DNA of 64,000 nt from Nymphaea colorata (Eukaryota): assembly GCF_008831285.2 (NCBI RefSeq), contig NC_045138.2:4154001-4218000 (forward strand). The letters run 5' to 3'. Position numbers and translations under genes: made by a program. Positions 38,301-51,685 of the stretch are shown piece after piece. The notes under the pieces were generated by a model. It made no database searches and was not told the origin of the DNA. It saw nothing but the letters and a program-made list of their open reading frames with translations. Each line of letters opens with the position of its first letter. The stretch's first letter is position 1.

Positions 38301-41300
38301 AAATAATTTTTGTGTTTTTCCACTTATCATACAATAAGGTGTCTGTATCGTACGATACAGGCGATATGATTACGATACACGAGCGTATCGTGTATCGTAA
38401 GCATATCGTATAGGTTTTTTAGACCGATACGATACGTATCGTACGATACGGATAACATTGTGTATATGTATAACATGCATTGTATATAGGTGACTGGAAG
38501 GGTATTTCTGTAATGCTCATATAATCAAGCTCTTTAGCTTCAGAAGACAAAAGGAACAGATGAAAAACCTGATTTGGGGCTGCTCCATCCATCACTTGTT
38601 TTGGCCAGTTGATGAACATCTCCATTGCTTGCCATTGTGTCACTAGAAGGGTCCAACAGAGAGACGAAAAGCTCTGGGTATCCAACTTTTTGCTAAAAAC
38701 AGAAAAGGTAAGTCCTTTGGGTTGGGTCTGACTCAGGCCCCCACCCAAATTTATCAATGTGTGTCCCAGTACGTACACCTAAAGTGTGGTGTGACAACAC
38801 AGGCACGAGGTCATATCCCCATGGCCATGTTACTTAGATGTAAGCTTTGCATTTGCTTCCAATGCAGCTAGTCACATTTGTGGTGGAAAATATATATGGT
38901 AAGATGGGGGACAAGTTCATCAGGAGGATAGATCAAGTTTAAGAGACAATGCTGGATGGATCTTGCATAGGTTTATTTATGTCCATTGTCCAGAAACATC
39001 AAAGGAAATTTGATGTTAATGTTAACAATAAATGAGGTACCACAATAAGAAATTCCTGGTCCACATTAGTCGAAGATTGTTTAATGCCTGGTTCAATCAT
39101 CCTGTTGTTTAGTTATGGCCAAATAGTTATTGGCTTTGATTACCTTAGATTTTTAGTGCCTTACCAGGTCCAGGATTGAGTAGATGGGAAAGATTCTTAA
39201 TTGGCTAGTTTTGGCATGTATGGGACTTGCAAAAGAATTGCAAGTGTACATTGTGAGATTAAATTTAATGAAAGGAGGGAGGAGAGAAGTGAAGAGCCAA
39301 AGCAAAAATGCCAGCCTTATGTGATTGAGTTGATTATTTGCTGGTTAGTCTGGTGATGTTTTGGGTTTTGCCAGCCTAATGACCCAAAGCTTTTCCCACT
39401 ATTTTGGACTTGGCTTCATTAAATATCATGTATTAGATGTATAAAGGAAAAGCTTTATTTAGTTATAGAAGGAACTGTGTTTTTCTATGCTGATGATAAA
39501 ATGCTATTTTTAACATTATTTTGTGCAACTATGATTCCACTTGGCTTTTTGTTACTTGGAGTTGGAACGTTATTATGCTTTTAATATCACATAAAATACA
39601 ATGACTTTTACATTTTTCTTTTAAGCACATCTATGTGCATGCATATGGACATCTGTGCATATACGCACACCTTTTAGTGTTTATCCATTTTTCTTTTCTC
39701 CAGATGGAGATCCCAATGATTATTATGCTTACTATGTAGTTAAGAACGTGTGGCTTGTGTCATAGTCAATCAGAAACTTTTTCCAAGTTGTACTCAAAAT
39801 GCCAAATTTTCCTATCCGTTGTAAAGATAATTCCTTGTATGACTTGGACACTTCTCAAGTTTTTGCTGATGAACAAAGCCGTGTAGTTGCATGGTGCACC
39901 ATTGAATTTTTCCTCCCTTAACCTTTTCCTTTCCTCTGTGCTGGAGGTCGTTTGTTCAACTTGGAATGTCACAATCATTTTTTATATTTAGCGAGCCATG
40001 TAGTGTCTTAGTTTTGGGGGAAAAAAAAAACTTTAAAGGCATGTCTTGGTTCAATGTTTTTGAAGTCATTCACACATTCTATATCTATTTTTTTATGTTA
40101 CATAATTGTGTGTTGGGATCAAGATCTGCATAGTTACTCATTCTACAACTATTATCCTCTTGTTTTTATATATGCTTTTTCCATTCCATAGTCTGACGCA
40201 AGTGTAAGTAAGACAAATTGGTTGCCTGGTCATTTATCTTATTCACTATTTGTCTTCTTCTTGTGCTAACTTCATTTTCCTCCATGTGCAGGGAGTGAAG
40301 CAAGAAGTGATTGTTGATCTTGTTGAACAGTGTCGCAATTATCAGAAGCGTGTTATGGTTCTTGTAAATAGCACAACGTAGGGACAATTGCATGTTCAGG
40401 TTCATTCTTAATAATAGTAGAATAAACTTCTTAGTGATTGAGACAAGGATATGGTATTCTGGCAGGGATGAGGGGCTGCTTGGCCATGGCTTAATGTTGA
40501 ATGATGAGTTGCAGCGGGTATTAGCCAAGCATGATGAGATTGCAAAGGGAATTCCTAGTGGACCAAAAGCACCAAAGACATCTGTCTCTCCTGTTAATGT
40601 TATCCATGAGGAAGATGAATCTGAGGATGATTTTTCCCAACTCGCTCATAGGTAATTTTTACATGGAAACGCTGTTACTGCCAGCTGGAATTCCAGTATA
40701 GGGTCTCAGGTGGACTGCTTATTTAATGTGCCTTGAATCTAGTGGGTTGATAAGCACTAGTTTGTGTTCCACCAAGTGTTTGCCTGTTATACATTTGTAT
40801 TCATTTCTTTGCTACTTGTTATTTTTATGATCTGTATGTTGTATCTGGATCTGCAAAACATTTTACAAACCTCTCTGTGTGGTCATGCCAGGTCTTCAAG
40901 AGATGGTACACTAGGACAGAATAGGTCTTCCACTGCAGTGAACGAGCACACAAGGATCAGCCCGCTACTGCCTCCACCTCCATCTCAGAAGGTGAATAAA
41001 CCTGGTGCTAGTTCTGTCGATTATCTCAGTGGTGATACATACAAATATGAAATGCCTGAAGCGCCCAAACCCGAGCAACCTGTGTTGCCTCAGTCTTTGC
41101 CGAGCACCAATTCCAATTCTGGCTCGCAATCTCCACCTGCACCTTTTGTGTCTTCTCCTCCACCTCGCAGCACTGAACCAAGCACCACATCTTCATTTGA
41201 AAACCCATGGGGTAGTGATGGACCTTCAGTAAACTCGAAGGACGATGAGAAGCTTCCAGCTGTTTCAAAGGAGTCATCATCAACCTGCCTACCGCCACCC

Positions 41301-41543
41301 CCTGCCAGGTATAGTCAGAGGCAGCAGTTCTTTGAACAACAGCAGCAACAAAAGCAGTATGGTTCAGAATTTCCTAGTACGGGATTAATAAGCAAGACAC
41401 AGAATCTGTCGATAAATCCATCAGGCACACAAGAGTCATCAACACCATCTAAGCAAGCTAAGCCTGAAGACAATCTATTCAAGGATCTGGTTGACTTTGC
41501 CAAGGCCAAATCTTCAAAACCTAGGAGTCCTAGATCCTCTTGA
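22323..41543 (+). CDS. TOM1-like (TOL) VHS-GAT ubiquitin receptor, TOL3/TOL4-like, ~519 aa; coding exons 22323-22429, 29009-29087, 32208-32306, 32401-32514, 33337-33491, 37236-37317, 40292-40377, 40466-40651, 40892-41543
   Basis: All introns are GT-AG with consistent phases, and the exons sum to 1560 nt. [62 protein letters not shown]...[36 protein letters not shown]. Also [32 protein letters not shown] and C-terminal [15 protein letters not shown]. Confidence 0.95.
23963..28537 (-). mobile_element. Decayed Ty1/copia element (Tnt1/Tork-like) in the intron following the first TOL coding exon
   Basis: Diverged LTR pair at ~23963-24180 and ~28295-28537. Degenerate PBS gctatggtacca at 28281-28292. 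Gag [17 protein letters not shown] (26878-27183), pre-integrase [21 protein letters not shown]...[12 protein letters not shown] and [14 protein letters not shown]. RNase H and PPT are missing. Confidence 0.88.
33950..35655. mobile_element. MULE-like non-autonomous element with long diverged TIRs (~33950-34050 / ~35560-35655)
   Basis: aaaattacaaac...ccatt(a/c)acaaat...actttcagggct...aagtttt...tatttc appears inverted at the other end. There is also an internal palindrome at 35335-35520. Confidence 0.6.
34101..35322. mobile_element. Non-autonomous hAT element, 1222 bp, perfect 8-bp TSD
   Basis: TIRs CATTGTCAAAAAAAATG / CGTTTTTTTTTTACAATG. TSD TTTTTTAC at 34093-34100 and 35323-35330. Confidence 0.85.
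38029..38460. mobile_element. hAT MITE, 432 bp, perfect 8-bp TSD
   Basis: TIRs CAATGTTAT / ATAACATTG, CGTATCG/CGATACG subterminal repeats, and TSD TGTATATG at 38021-28 and 38461-68. Confidence 0.9.
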
Positions 41544-43146
41544 TATGAGTCCAGAATTTCAGCTAGTACAGTTATTGTTTCTTGAGTTGAGGTGGGCATT
41601 ATAAACATGTTTCTGGCTGTTCTTTTATATGTGACAAAGAAAAGAGAACCTCTGCTTTGTGGTGTATGGTTATTATGTGGATGCGTTCATCACTTGAATC
41701 TACTAGTGTTCTTTGCTTGTATATTTGTGAATTATGACATTGTTGTTAAGATTTATAGATTTTCTAATGAAATCTTGTCCAGTAGTTGCAGGCTAAAGAT
41801 TCTAAGCAACCTGTTTGCCGGCTGGAAATTTAGAGTATTTCAAGAAAAAGCTAATACAATATAAAACTTGCTTTATGCCTAATTTGAGATCAGGTGGAAC
41901 CCTTAACCTGTAGGGTTTTGGCAGTGCAGAACTCGATAAAAGTCTCGCTGAGATAATAGAATCTTGCAGAGCAAAATCATTCATACCCCTGTGAAAATGT
42001 AACTTGGAAACAAGCAATTCGTATTACAGGCCGGTTCGTGGAATAAAACAAGCATGCCACATCTGCATGTGTTCACGCACGCATAAACACTTGCATATAT
42101 GACATGCATGAATTCATGCATGTGCATGTAGTCACACATGAACATATGCACACACAAACAGACATACATATATGGCACGCATGATTCATGTATGCATGCG
42201 CTCAAACACGCCAACCCTCCTGAAAAAATCTGTTTCTCCAGGTAAGGAGGTTTGAGACTTCTCACACTTTAAAGCTATGGACACAATAGTTGTATCTCAT
42301 GAATATCTAAACTTTATAAAGCTGCTGGATATTGCCTGATATGACTAAATATTTAAAAACAATTACTAAATACAACATGCAATATAAGCATTAAATGGCA
42401 CAGTGATGGCTAATGGTTTTTTGGGGTCCTTTGGCAGTAACAACATCATGTGAGTGTTTCATAAATCTACTTCAGAATTGGAGTAAATTCATAAGACACT
42501 TAGACACTTATTTGAGTATTCCATGTATTTATCCTAATTTTGGTGTGGCTTGCGACACACTTACACCATGTTGTTAATACCAAACAGCTCCTTTAAGACC
42601 CTGAAATGGAGCAGCGACAATGTTTCTTATGTCTTTACGTGTTTGAGAAGGGGTTATAAGACAATTTGTTCCTTTAAGTAGCGATCGGATCCTCGTACTT
42701 CTTTTTGTACGAGTTTTCATCATCTAGTACCAAAAAGGAAAAGATAACGTACCAAGATGCGAGGAGAGAGAAAAAAGAAGGGATGTGGCTTTTGGTGCCA
42801 GTTTAACTAATCAGAACTATCTTAAGATCTTTGAGAGACATTGATTGAAGCACGTTACGATGTGCACGAGTTACAGATAGAAACATCACATGCATTTGTT
42901 TTCTTTTCTTAATCCAATATGCAAGTTTGTATTGCAATTACCATTGAATTTCATCACTATGTGAGTGGAGAAAGATGAGATGCTTCTTAGAAGATGAAAG
43001 TCATAACACGTTTTTCAGCACAAGACAGTGACATGCTGAGTTACTTGCAGCTCAAGGAGATTCTTCTCACTACAACATTTTTTATATTTCCCATTAGCCC
43101 CAGCCATCGCCGGAGACCTTTAAAGCCATTGGGAAAAAGAGCTCCA

Positions 43147-43342
43147 CAGTGGCAGAGCCAATGTAGGTTCTCCATGAGCCCTGGCTCCACCTCAAATTTT
43201 TTTTAAAAAATTCACATGTATATTTTATAAAATTTCACTGTATTCTATATAGAAATTTTAAAAAATGATATTTCAGCCCTAATCAAAATTTTAAAACTTT
43301 AATTTGGCCCTCCTCATGAAAAATTTTTAGCTCTGCGCCTCT
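43147..43342. mobile_element. MITE of the 13047 family
   Basis: Shares the internal aaaattt(t/a)aaaactttaatt...cctcatgaaaaattt sequence and degenerate TIRs with 13047-13225. Confidence 0.7.
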
Positions 43343-44194
43343 ATCTCAATGAATGGGCCAAAATCTACATACCCATAAACCACACATATGAGAGAAATAG
43401 ATCTCCCAGATGCGAAAATGATATAAAGATCAAACACGTTGGGAGAGCGGATTCTTGGTTGATGTCTGGCTACTTTTGGCCATACAAGACATTGTGTGAA
43501 TGTTAGAACATGAAGACTTTTGATAGAAAATTCTGTAGAAAATACGAGCTTTGGGACTTTTGAAGGAAGCTTCTTTCCTCCACATAATCTTCTCAGTGTA
43601 AATAAAAGTAGATCTGCATCCCCTTCAAAAAAAAAAGGCGAAAAAAAGAGGGTGGGAGGACCGTCTCCTTCCATATTTCCCTAATGTTGTAGAAATGGGA
43701 AGTGAGATTCAAATTCTTTTTAATTAGAATGATTCTATTAATTTTATCTTTGGCAGTCCAGAATACCAGTATATATCTGTAGGCATGAATCGGCTGAGAC
43801 ACATTGTATCAGTTTCACAGATCGGTCTGAATCCTAGAGGAACTCAGAAGTCAGACAACCCATGTCCTGAAAAAAAAACACCAACCTTCCTTCACCGTGT
43901 TTGAATGGGAGAGTACTGGAGAGATGATTTATCCACTCCTCTATGCACAACGACACAATCGGGACGCGTCCAGATTCACTAGAGAGAGAGAGGGGTGTGT
44001 GAACACATGGAAAATATGCAATCACGAGGGTGGAAAAGGGAAATCGAGGTAAAGCCAAACTTTGCTTTCCTGTAAAGCTTCTTCTTTTATATGTGCAGTT
44101 GATATTATTATTATTATTGTGCCTTCCAAAGCTTTTAAGCCTCAAAATTTCTATGCGGACCAAACACAGTTGTTTGCAAATATGTTTTGAGAAC

Positions 44195-44722
44195 TAGGAT
44201 GTCAAGAAATTCAATTTAGATCCAATATCAAATCGAGCCGTATAAACAAAATAAGATATGTGATAAATTTTGACATTCGGTTAATAATTCGGATAGGATT
44301 CTATTATAAGAAATCACATTTGATCAGTTCAGAATTTGGATTCGGATTTAAGTACATTTTGGTCAGATTTAGATTCCGATTCAGATATATTTTTAAATAA
44401 ATGTCCTATATTTAATGTTTATAATATGGTTTTAAAATCAGATTTAGACTCGTATGGATATAATTTTAAATAAATACCATATGCTCAATGTCCATAATAG
44501 GGTTTCAATTTGGTTTAAAAATCATACTCGGATTCACATGTTAATCTAAAAATTGGACACAGATTCAGTTCAGATTATAAATTCAGATTTCAGATTCGGA
44601 TATAGTATACATTTTTTTCATCCGAATTCAAATATGAGTCTGAACCCAAATATATAGATATCTGAAAAGGCAGATGTGGTAAAGTATATATCAAATTCAA
44701 ATCCAGTCTATTAACATCCAGG
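44195..44722. mobile_element. hAT MITE with TTCGGAT/TTCAGAT repeats, 8-bp TSD
   Basis: Imperfect TIRs taggatgtcaa / ttaacatccagg. TSD TTGAGAAC at 44187-94 and 44723-30. Confidence 0.82.
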
Positions 44723-45058
44723 TTGAGAACACACTATTTTTTATCCAAGAAGCACGATATAATTATATCAACACCCATAACTACATTGTATTTTCTAGCT
44801 AAAATAACAACATGGTGTTTCCAAAAGATACATGTGTGTACACATTAATGTTTCTTATCAAATGGCACCTTCTGTTCACCAGTTTCCACCCAAGAAAGAA
44901 AGAAAATCTTATCTCTGGGCCCCAATCTATATATAGGGTCCACACGTCTTCAATCGCACCGCCTACCGCCGTGTTTGTAGATTATAAATTCAGTTTCCAC
45001 TCAAGTGTACGCTTCACTGCCTGCATTCCAACATTAATTCTGATAAACGTTCAGCTTA

Positions 45059-45099
<41 letters not shown>

Positions 45100-46242
45100 A
45101 GAGAAGTTTGCAGCAGACGAAAACAAGAAGTGCAGATTGAAGGGAGAAATAAAAAGTGCCTTGAGAAGTATAGAGTAACTGGTAGCGCTGGCAGCTATAT
45201 GTTGTCTGAATGAACTAAAGATATACTATCTCTACAACCAAACGCAGAGACAACCCTGGTCCCTGGACTTTAGAGGCAGGAGAAAGGTGATGAGAGAGAG
45301 ATAGGGGCATGCATTCGCCCACATGCATAACATGTACACATGAATCTATCCTTCACAATAAATGAAGTTTTTATTTATTAATGTCACGGTTGACATTGGC
45401 CGATACTAAGGGCTGGCTTCACCTCTTAATTATTCTTGTGGTTTTGATAACCAACAAACATCAGGCCCATGCAGACAAGCATACGTCTCATCTCGTCTAT
45501 GGAAATGAATAACTTTAGTCTCGTTTTGTGGATTTATTTTTCTGATTCTCTTCTCTTTTAAAAATCTACCAATTCCAAGTTTAATAAAAGAGAGACAAAA
45601 AACTTGGCAAGAGGGATAAGAAAAAAAAAAGTCCTAGTCGGCTGTTTGGCAAACATGAGTCTTAGTGGGCTGTTTGGCAAACATGACAAATTATAACTGT
45701 CCAAATTTGTCTCAAAAGTTAGGAGAGATTCATGAAACACAATAATAGAGTATTATATGAACGATTCATGTTAATGTTGCTAAACGGTTCTTAAAAATGC
45801 ATTTGAACACAATAATTTATGAGCATGCCCTAATTTTTAGAATAGATTCACAAAACATAAACATCAGCAGGGGCATAGATGGGTGGAGCTTGGTAAAAAT
45901 CTAAAACTTTGAATTTACATGTTGGACCTCAATGAATTTAGGTCCAGTTATACAGGACAGCTCTACGAGCCTCAATACTAATTGAAATTTTGTTAATTAT
46001 ATATTTAGTGCTCCATAGAAAAAAAAAATTAGTTAATTGAAAATTTGTAATTATATATTTAGTGCCCCTGAACAACAGTATCCATGTTGCTAAATGGACC
46101 AATTTTTCAGTTCTCTGAAAATAAGTCTTGCAAATTTCTATAATAATGTAACAAATTAAAGCAACAGAACACAAGAGGTCCTTTTGTTCAATCCTGATTT
46201 AGGCTATGAGAAACAAGAAAATGTGGGGTTCAAAGCACGCAC

Positions 46243-46342
46243 CTGAACGTGAGCAGCACTGGAAGAAGCGACGGATGCTGTCGAAAATTTTTTCCAGAGC
46301 CTGCTGCTTGATCTTATTCTTTGACTTCCTGTGTGCTGCCAT
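46243..46342 (-). CDS. Candidate first coding exon of an unidentified gene (MAAHRKSKNKIKQQALEKIFDSIRRFFQCCSRS)
   Basis: TATA-like CATATATAG at ~46432-46440, a (CTT)n pyrimidine-rich 5'UTR, AAAAATGGC start context, and a strong donor CAG|GTGCGT (phase 1). No family recognised and downstream exons unresolved. Confidence 0.5.
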
Positions 46343-47205
46343 TTTTTTTCGGTCCAGATAGAAGAGCAAGAGGAAAAGAAGAAGAAGAAGAAGAAGGATG
46401 AACTCCTCAACTGGTGAGCGGCTTCTGAGTACTATATATGGAATTCTAAGGTGCATCTCCAATGTCGTCAAACTCATATTTTTCGTAGAAATTTCCCTGG
46501 GATCAGAATCTTTCGGCCGTCTTTGCCTCCGGGGGGAATTTTTCGAAGCATCTCCCATTAATTTTAGCACGCAAGGGGCAATTTCTTTTTAGTTAAACTG
46601 CATTTTTTTTTTGTTTTGTTTATGGGTATTTTTCATCCAAAAGTAACTTCCTTTCTCCGTTCTTTTCCTTGGACATTTATTTTTATCTCCAGTAACAATA
46701 AAAGTGGATTAACTTCAGTGCATCTTCACCTTCAACTTGATGTCACACTTTATCCTTAGCGCAAATATATAATTTTGGCTAATAATGGTCGGGCGCCTAC
46801 CTCATTGCTGATTGGAAGAACGGTAGGACTCGAGGCGCAGTCCCACTCTGTAACCAAGTTCAAAGAAAGATCATGGAAAATTCCAATGGCATATTGATGC
46901 AAGCGTAGGTTCACGAATCTAAACTTGCAACTTACGACACTAACTAAGCTACAAATGATTGAAGTACGAGTGAAAGACTCAAAAGAGAGAGCGATTGTTT
47001 GAAACATAGTATAAAACATTATTTGGTGCAAAGAACATGTCCTTGAAACGTACATCCATAAAATGCATATTCCGAAACGGCCATATTCTTGTTGTAGAAA
47101 AAAAAAATTATACTTATATTTTGCATTTAAAAATATATATAGTTACATCCTAATTTTTAAAATAAAAACATGATTGCATTAAAAAACATGTATTTCAAAA
47201 ACAGA

Positions 47206-47240
<35 letters not shown>

Positions 47241-48613
47241 AACTGACTAAAACCAGCCAATATCCATTGCTGGCTAAATTTAAATTTGTGAAGTTAAAAT
47301 GGGTGGCAGAAGGCCATTTCTTAACGGTAAATCATTAGCCTCGGTTTCACCACACAATGCACCATTCACGAGAAATTTAGCATCACAAAATTAAAAAAAA
47401 AAAAAAAGAACCATCTGATGTTGACTGATTTCAAAAGAGGGAGAGATTGAGAGAATTTTATATTCGATAAAGCAAAGAACAACAACAAAAAAGAGGCTAA
47501 TCCTGCGTGCCTTCTTGAACGAGTGGAAAGTCAGGAACTAAATCTGTGAGGCTAGCTTCTTGCAAGGAGGCCCACTTGCGGAGAGAGTCCATAGCTGCGA
47601 AGAGTATATTGTTCACGAACGCGTGCCTCCTTCAGATTCAGTAAGATTTGGCAATCTAGCAAGATCTTTGATTTTGTTTTTTGGCATCTCAATTTTCAGC
47701 GGAAAAGAAATTGAAAACTCATTGGCATGTATTTACAAGCATTCGTTTTTCTTTCATGTATCTAATGATGTTGACATTTCCGGAAAATTATCTTTGTTGT
47801 GCTAAAATTGTGTTTTATCTGAATATGCTTGAATCTAGTGTTACTAATAAATGTAATTAAATAGATATTTACTTGCTAATTTAAAGTGTTCCATGACAAA
47901 TATTTTGAAATCATTCTTTGTTAAGTTTCCGATAATTTGTATGTCATGATAATTTAAAGTGCTTAGAATCAATATTGTCCATGCATAATTTTTGGATTTG
48001 ACTACACGAAAAAAGTTCCATGAAAGCTAAACAAAAACTATCCGGGTGAGTAGGAGTGCCCACTGTGAAGGCCCTTCACTTCTCTCTACATTTAGGGTTT
48101 AAGGCAGCTTCGAAACCTAGTGGACCTACGATCTAAACACCCTTCAACTTGGGTGTCTAGCGCACTTCCCACTATTTGCAATCCAGAAAATATAAATATA
48201 GCTTAGAATTCAAACTGGTGATGCCCCTTAGGGCATTAAACAAAAACTTCTTTGCAGTAGGACCCAAGTTCTTGAGACACTAGGTTTAATCACCGTGGAC
48301 CCCGTCCCAACTCAGCTTGCACACAGCTCTACCTATTTGATTTATATCCAGGTTAGTTTTCAGGCTTCCTTGGCGAAGGACCGCCCCCCATGCCTACATG
48401 GAACTTGGACCTCTCATGTACAATTATTTTATTTTATTTTTGAATGAAAATATTATATATATATATATATATATGTATTATATATAAACATCCTAATATG
48501 TTTATGAATAGTAATTTAATATAAAATATTATTTAGTTCAGGTAGTTTTTGTGAAAATAAATGTGAAAAAATTACAAACAAGTGCTCGACAAAAATGTAA
48601 ATAACAAGAAGCT

Positions 48614-48850
48614 CACTACAAGAAAAAAAAAAAGCATTTACTAATGCAGCTACTGTGTTAGTAAAGTTATCATCTAACACACTTATTGTGTTACAAAATC
48701 TGTTACTAAAGGCTACAAAACTGTCGTGCGTCAAGTATAATTGTTAGTAACGAAATTTTGTAGTCAAATACTCACTAGCAACAGCTGCCATTCGTTAGTG
48801 ATGATCTATTACAAAGACAAAATGTGCCTTACCAATTACTTAAGATTTTT
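48614..48850 (+). mobile_element. CACTA (En/Spm) terminal fragment
   Basis: CACTACAAGAAAA TIR followed by gttagtaa/ttactaa subterminal repeats. The opposite end was not found. Confidence 0.6.
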
Positions 48851-51685
48851 TTACTCCAGCTTCTGAAATGAGTTTCTTGTTTTTCAATACCTCGGGAAAG
48901 CCACATTTAACGAAGACAAATAATAATAAATATAATGTGTGTGTGTGTGTATATATATATATCATGATTTACAGTGTTTGGGTTAAAAGAGACAAAATAT
49001 CATGAGTAGGTTGTTGTTGCAGAGGCGACGCCCTTCGAACGTGGCCCGAAGTCTTCTAAGACAATGCTTGTTGTTAGAAATCAACAATATGTTCTGAAAT
49101 CCGTCCAAACCACCAACCATTAAGAGCTGACAGAGGATGGCATCTTCAGGAATGACATTGCTGTCCTCCCACCACTGTACTCCCTGGTCAAGGGGCAGTC
49201 CTCTCGAGTCAGTAAGCAGAAAGGCGACCAGCTTTCTACCACTAGAAGTTATAGAGGCAACTTGAAGACGAGGCAACTTGAAGACAAGCTTGATCTGTCA
49301 ATATAGGGGGGCACTTGTCACGAACAATCCCCATAGACAGCCAAACCTATAGGTTTTTCCTGTCATCAACAGAATTCCTTAAGATAGTATAGAAGCCATC
49401 GACACAGACCTGCCAGATGCCATGAGAGTCTTGTTGAGGAGTCATGGTTTCTTTATTATGGATTGTGGAATTGCGTCTACACTAAATTCTTCATAGTATA
49501 ATGTGAAAACAGATTTTCCAGCACTTCATAAGCCAACCTCTTTTGAAACTACAAGAGAACTAATGTTTTAATTCCATGACAATGGTGCGTTTGGGGAATA
49601 CACTTCTTTTGAATTTAGAAGCAACGAACTCCCAATTTTTTGAAGAATGCGGACAGGAAAGTAGAACGTGGTGAGCAGACTCTTCATCTTTAAGGCAAAG
49701 AACACATCTGTTAGCTAAAGAAATGCCACTTTTCTTTTGTCTATCGAAGGTAAGGAGGCGATCACTGCAAGCCAGTCAAACATACCACTGCGCTCTAGGA
49801 TGAGCTTGGGGGAACTAAATCAACCTCCTCCAAGGCTCTTCATCATATTTCTTTCTCACCACCTCCCACACGTCAAATGTTTTGATGTTGGATGCAGAGA
49901 GTTTTGCCAGAGAAGGAGGTCTTGCTGTGGTTCTAATTTAGGTCTCTCCATACCCAATCGGGATAGAAAATCCTTGAAGTTGTCAAGAATAGGCAGGTCA
50001 GAGTCAAGGACCTGCTTAATGAAAAATTTCAACAAAAATTCAAAAGCATATTTTCCAACAGCTTCAACAGAGAAATGAGGGGAGAACCACCCCAGTTGTC
50101 CGTCCAAAACCGAATGGAGCCAATACCAATAGACCACCTGACTTGATCTTGAATATGAATCCAGCTCTTTCTAATACCTTTGAAAAACTAAGACTCCTTT
50201 TTGGAGCACTTTAAGGTCAGAGGCTTTGGAAAGAGAAATATTTCTTCTTGATAAAATTCGCCCAAGGAGCCTCATCCTGGCAGATGTGCAGCGTGATGCA
50301 ACCAATACAAGCTTTGTTCCAGTCATCTAGATGCTTTAACCCAACCCCCCCCCTCCAGCACCGAGCGGCATAGAGTCTTCCATGCAACCAAGTGCACACC
50401 TTTCCTAGCTTCTAGGCTGCCCCAAAGGAAGTTAGTCATAGTAGCTTCAAGTTTATGCTTAATATTCTTAGGGAGCATAAAGATAGAGTACCAGTAGCTA
50501 ACGAGGCTACAGAGGACATACCTTATCAAACAAAGACGCGATGCATAAGAGAGGAGCTTAGATGACCAAAGCGAAGCTTTCTTTCCATCTTCAAGTCTAG
50601 AGAGTCGCATAAGTTATCCTGCATATTACCCGCAAAGAGGGAAATACCCAATTAAGGAAGAGGCAGAGAACCTTGGCGCCAATCAGAGTTGTTAATGAAG
50701 GAGAGAGGAGTTCTAAGTTCCCCCAAGGAGATTGCATGAGATTTTTATGGGTTAACACATAACTCATAAAAAAGCTTAAGGGTCTCAAGAGCTTGCATAA
50801 CCTCATTGTAAGAGTGATGATCCCCTCTAGAAAAAATGATAAGATCATCAACAAATGTGAGAAGAGAATGACAGGCCCCTACCCGAGGGATGTAGGGAGG
50901 GGTCAGGGACCCATTCTAGCGTCTGTACTCTAAATTTCTAGAGAGTTCTTCCATAACAACAAGGAATATATACGGAGACATGGGGTCTCCCTGCCTCAGA
51001 CCTCTTCACATAGGGTGAAATTCACTTGGAATCTCATCAATGAGAACAACAAAAGAAGGAGAAGAAATACACATCATAACTCTCAACCCAAGCCATGCTG
51101 AAACACAAGTCGATAAGAGCATTCTTGAGAAAGACCCAGCTAACCCTATCATATGCTTTGGAGAAGTCAATTTTAAAACAGATATTACTCTGATGCAGAC
51201 CCTCAAGCGAGTGAATACATTCATGAGTGAAGATAATATTCTCTTTGATTGATCACCATGGAAGGAACGCACATTGGTCCTTGCCGATGACTTTCTGCAG
51301 ACATCTTTTCATGCAGTAGGAGAGGAATTTAAATATAATCTTATACAACACGTTGCACAAAGCAATAAGTCGAAGATCATCAACTCTGCAGAGACCCTAC
51401 TTTTTGGGGATGAGGGCAATATAGTTACGATTAATTTTCTTAACCAATCTCCCCGTGGATAGGAAGCTATTTGATAACCTGCAGTAAATCATGACCAACA
51501 ACACTCCAATGATGCTGATAGAAAGAAGTTGGGAAGTCATTCGGACCCGGTGCACTATTCTCATCCATGGAGAAAACAACACGTTTCACCTCGTCGAGGG
51601 TGGCCAGGAGAAGCAAGGTGGCATTATCTTCTTCCAGCAGTCGTGGTCCATCAGCCTTCTTATTCAGACAATAGCCTGAGCCCTC

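Noticed and set aside
45135..45146. GATTGAAGGGAG, part of miR159
   Set aside because: Only 12 nt match, the flanks differ, and I see no complementary star arm.
46199..46570. 123-aa ORF as a single-exon protein with a poly-Leu transmembrane segment
   Set aside because: It has a non-ATG start, the poly-Leu comes from a (CTT)n UTR repeat, and the ORF reads through a TATA-like element and a strong donor. Only 46342-46243 is kept as a candidate exon.
48040..48420. tRNA/SINE-like segment and a single TTTAGGG
   Set aside because: I could not define a cloverleaf, clean A/B boxes or a TSD. One telomere unit is expected by chance.
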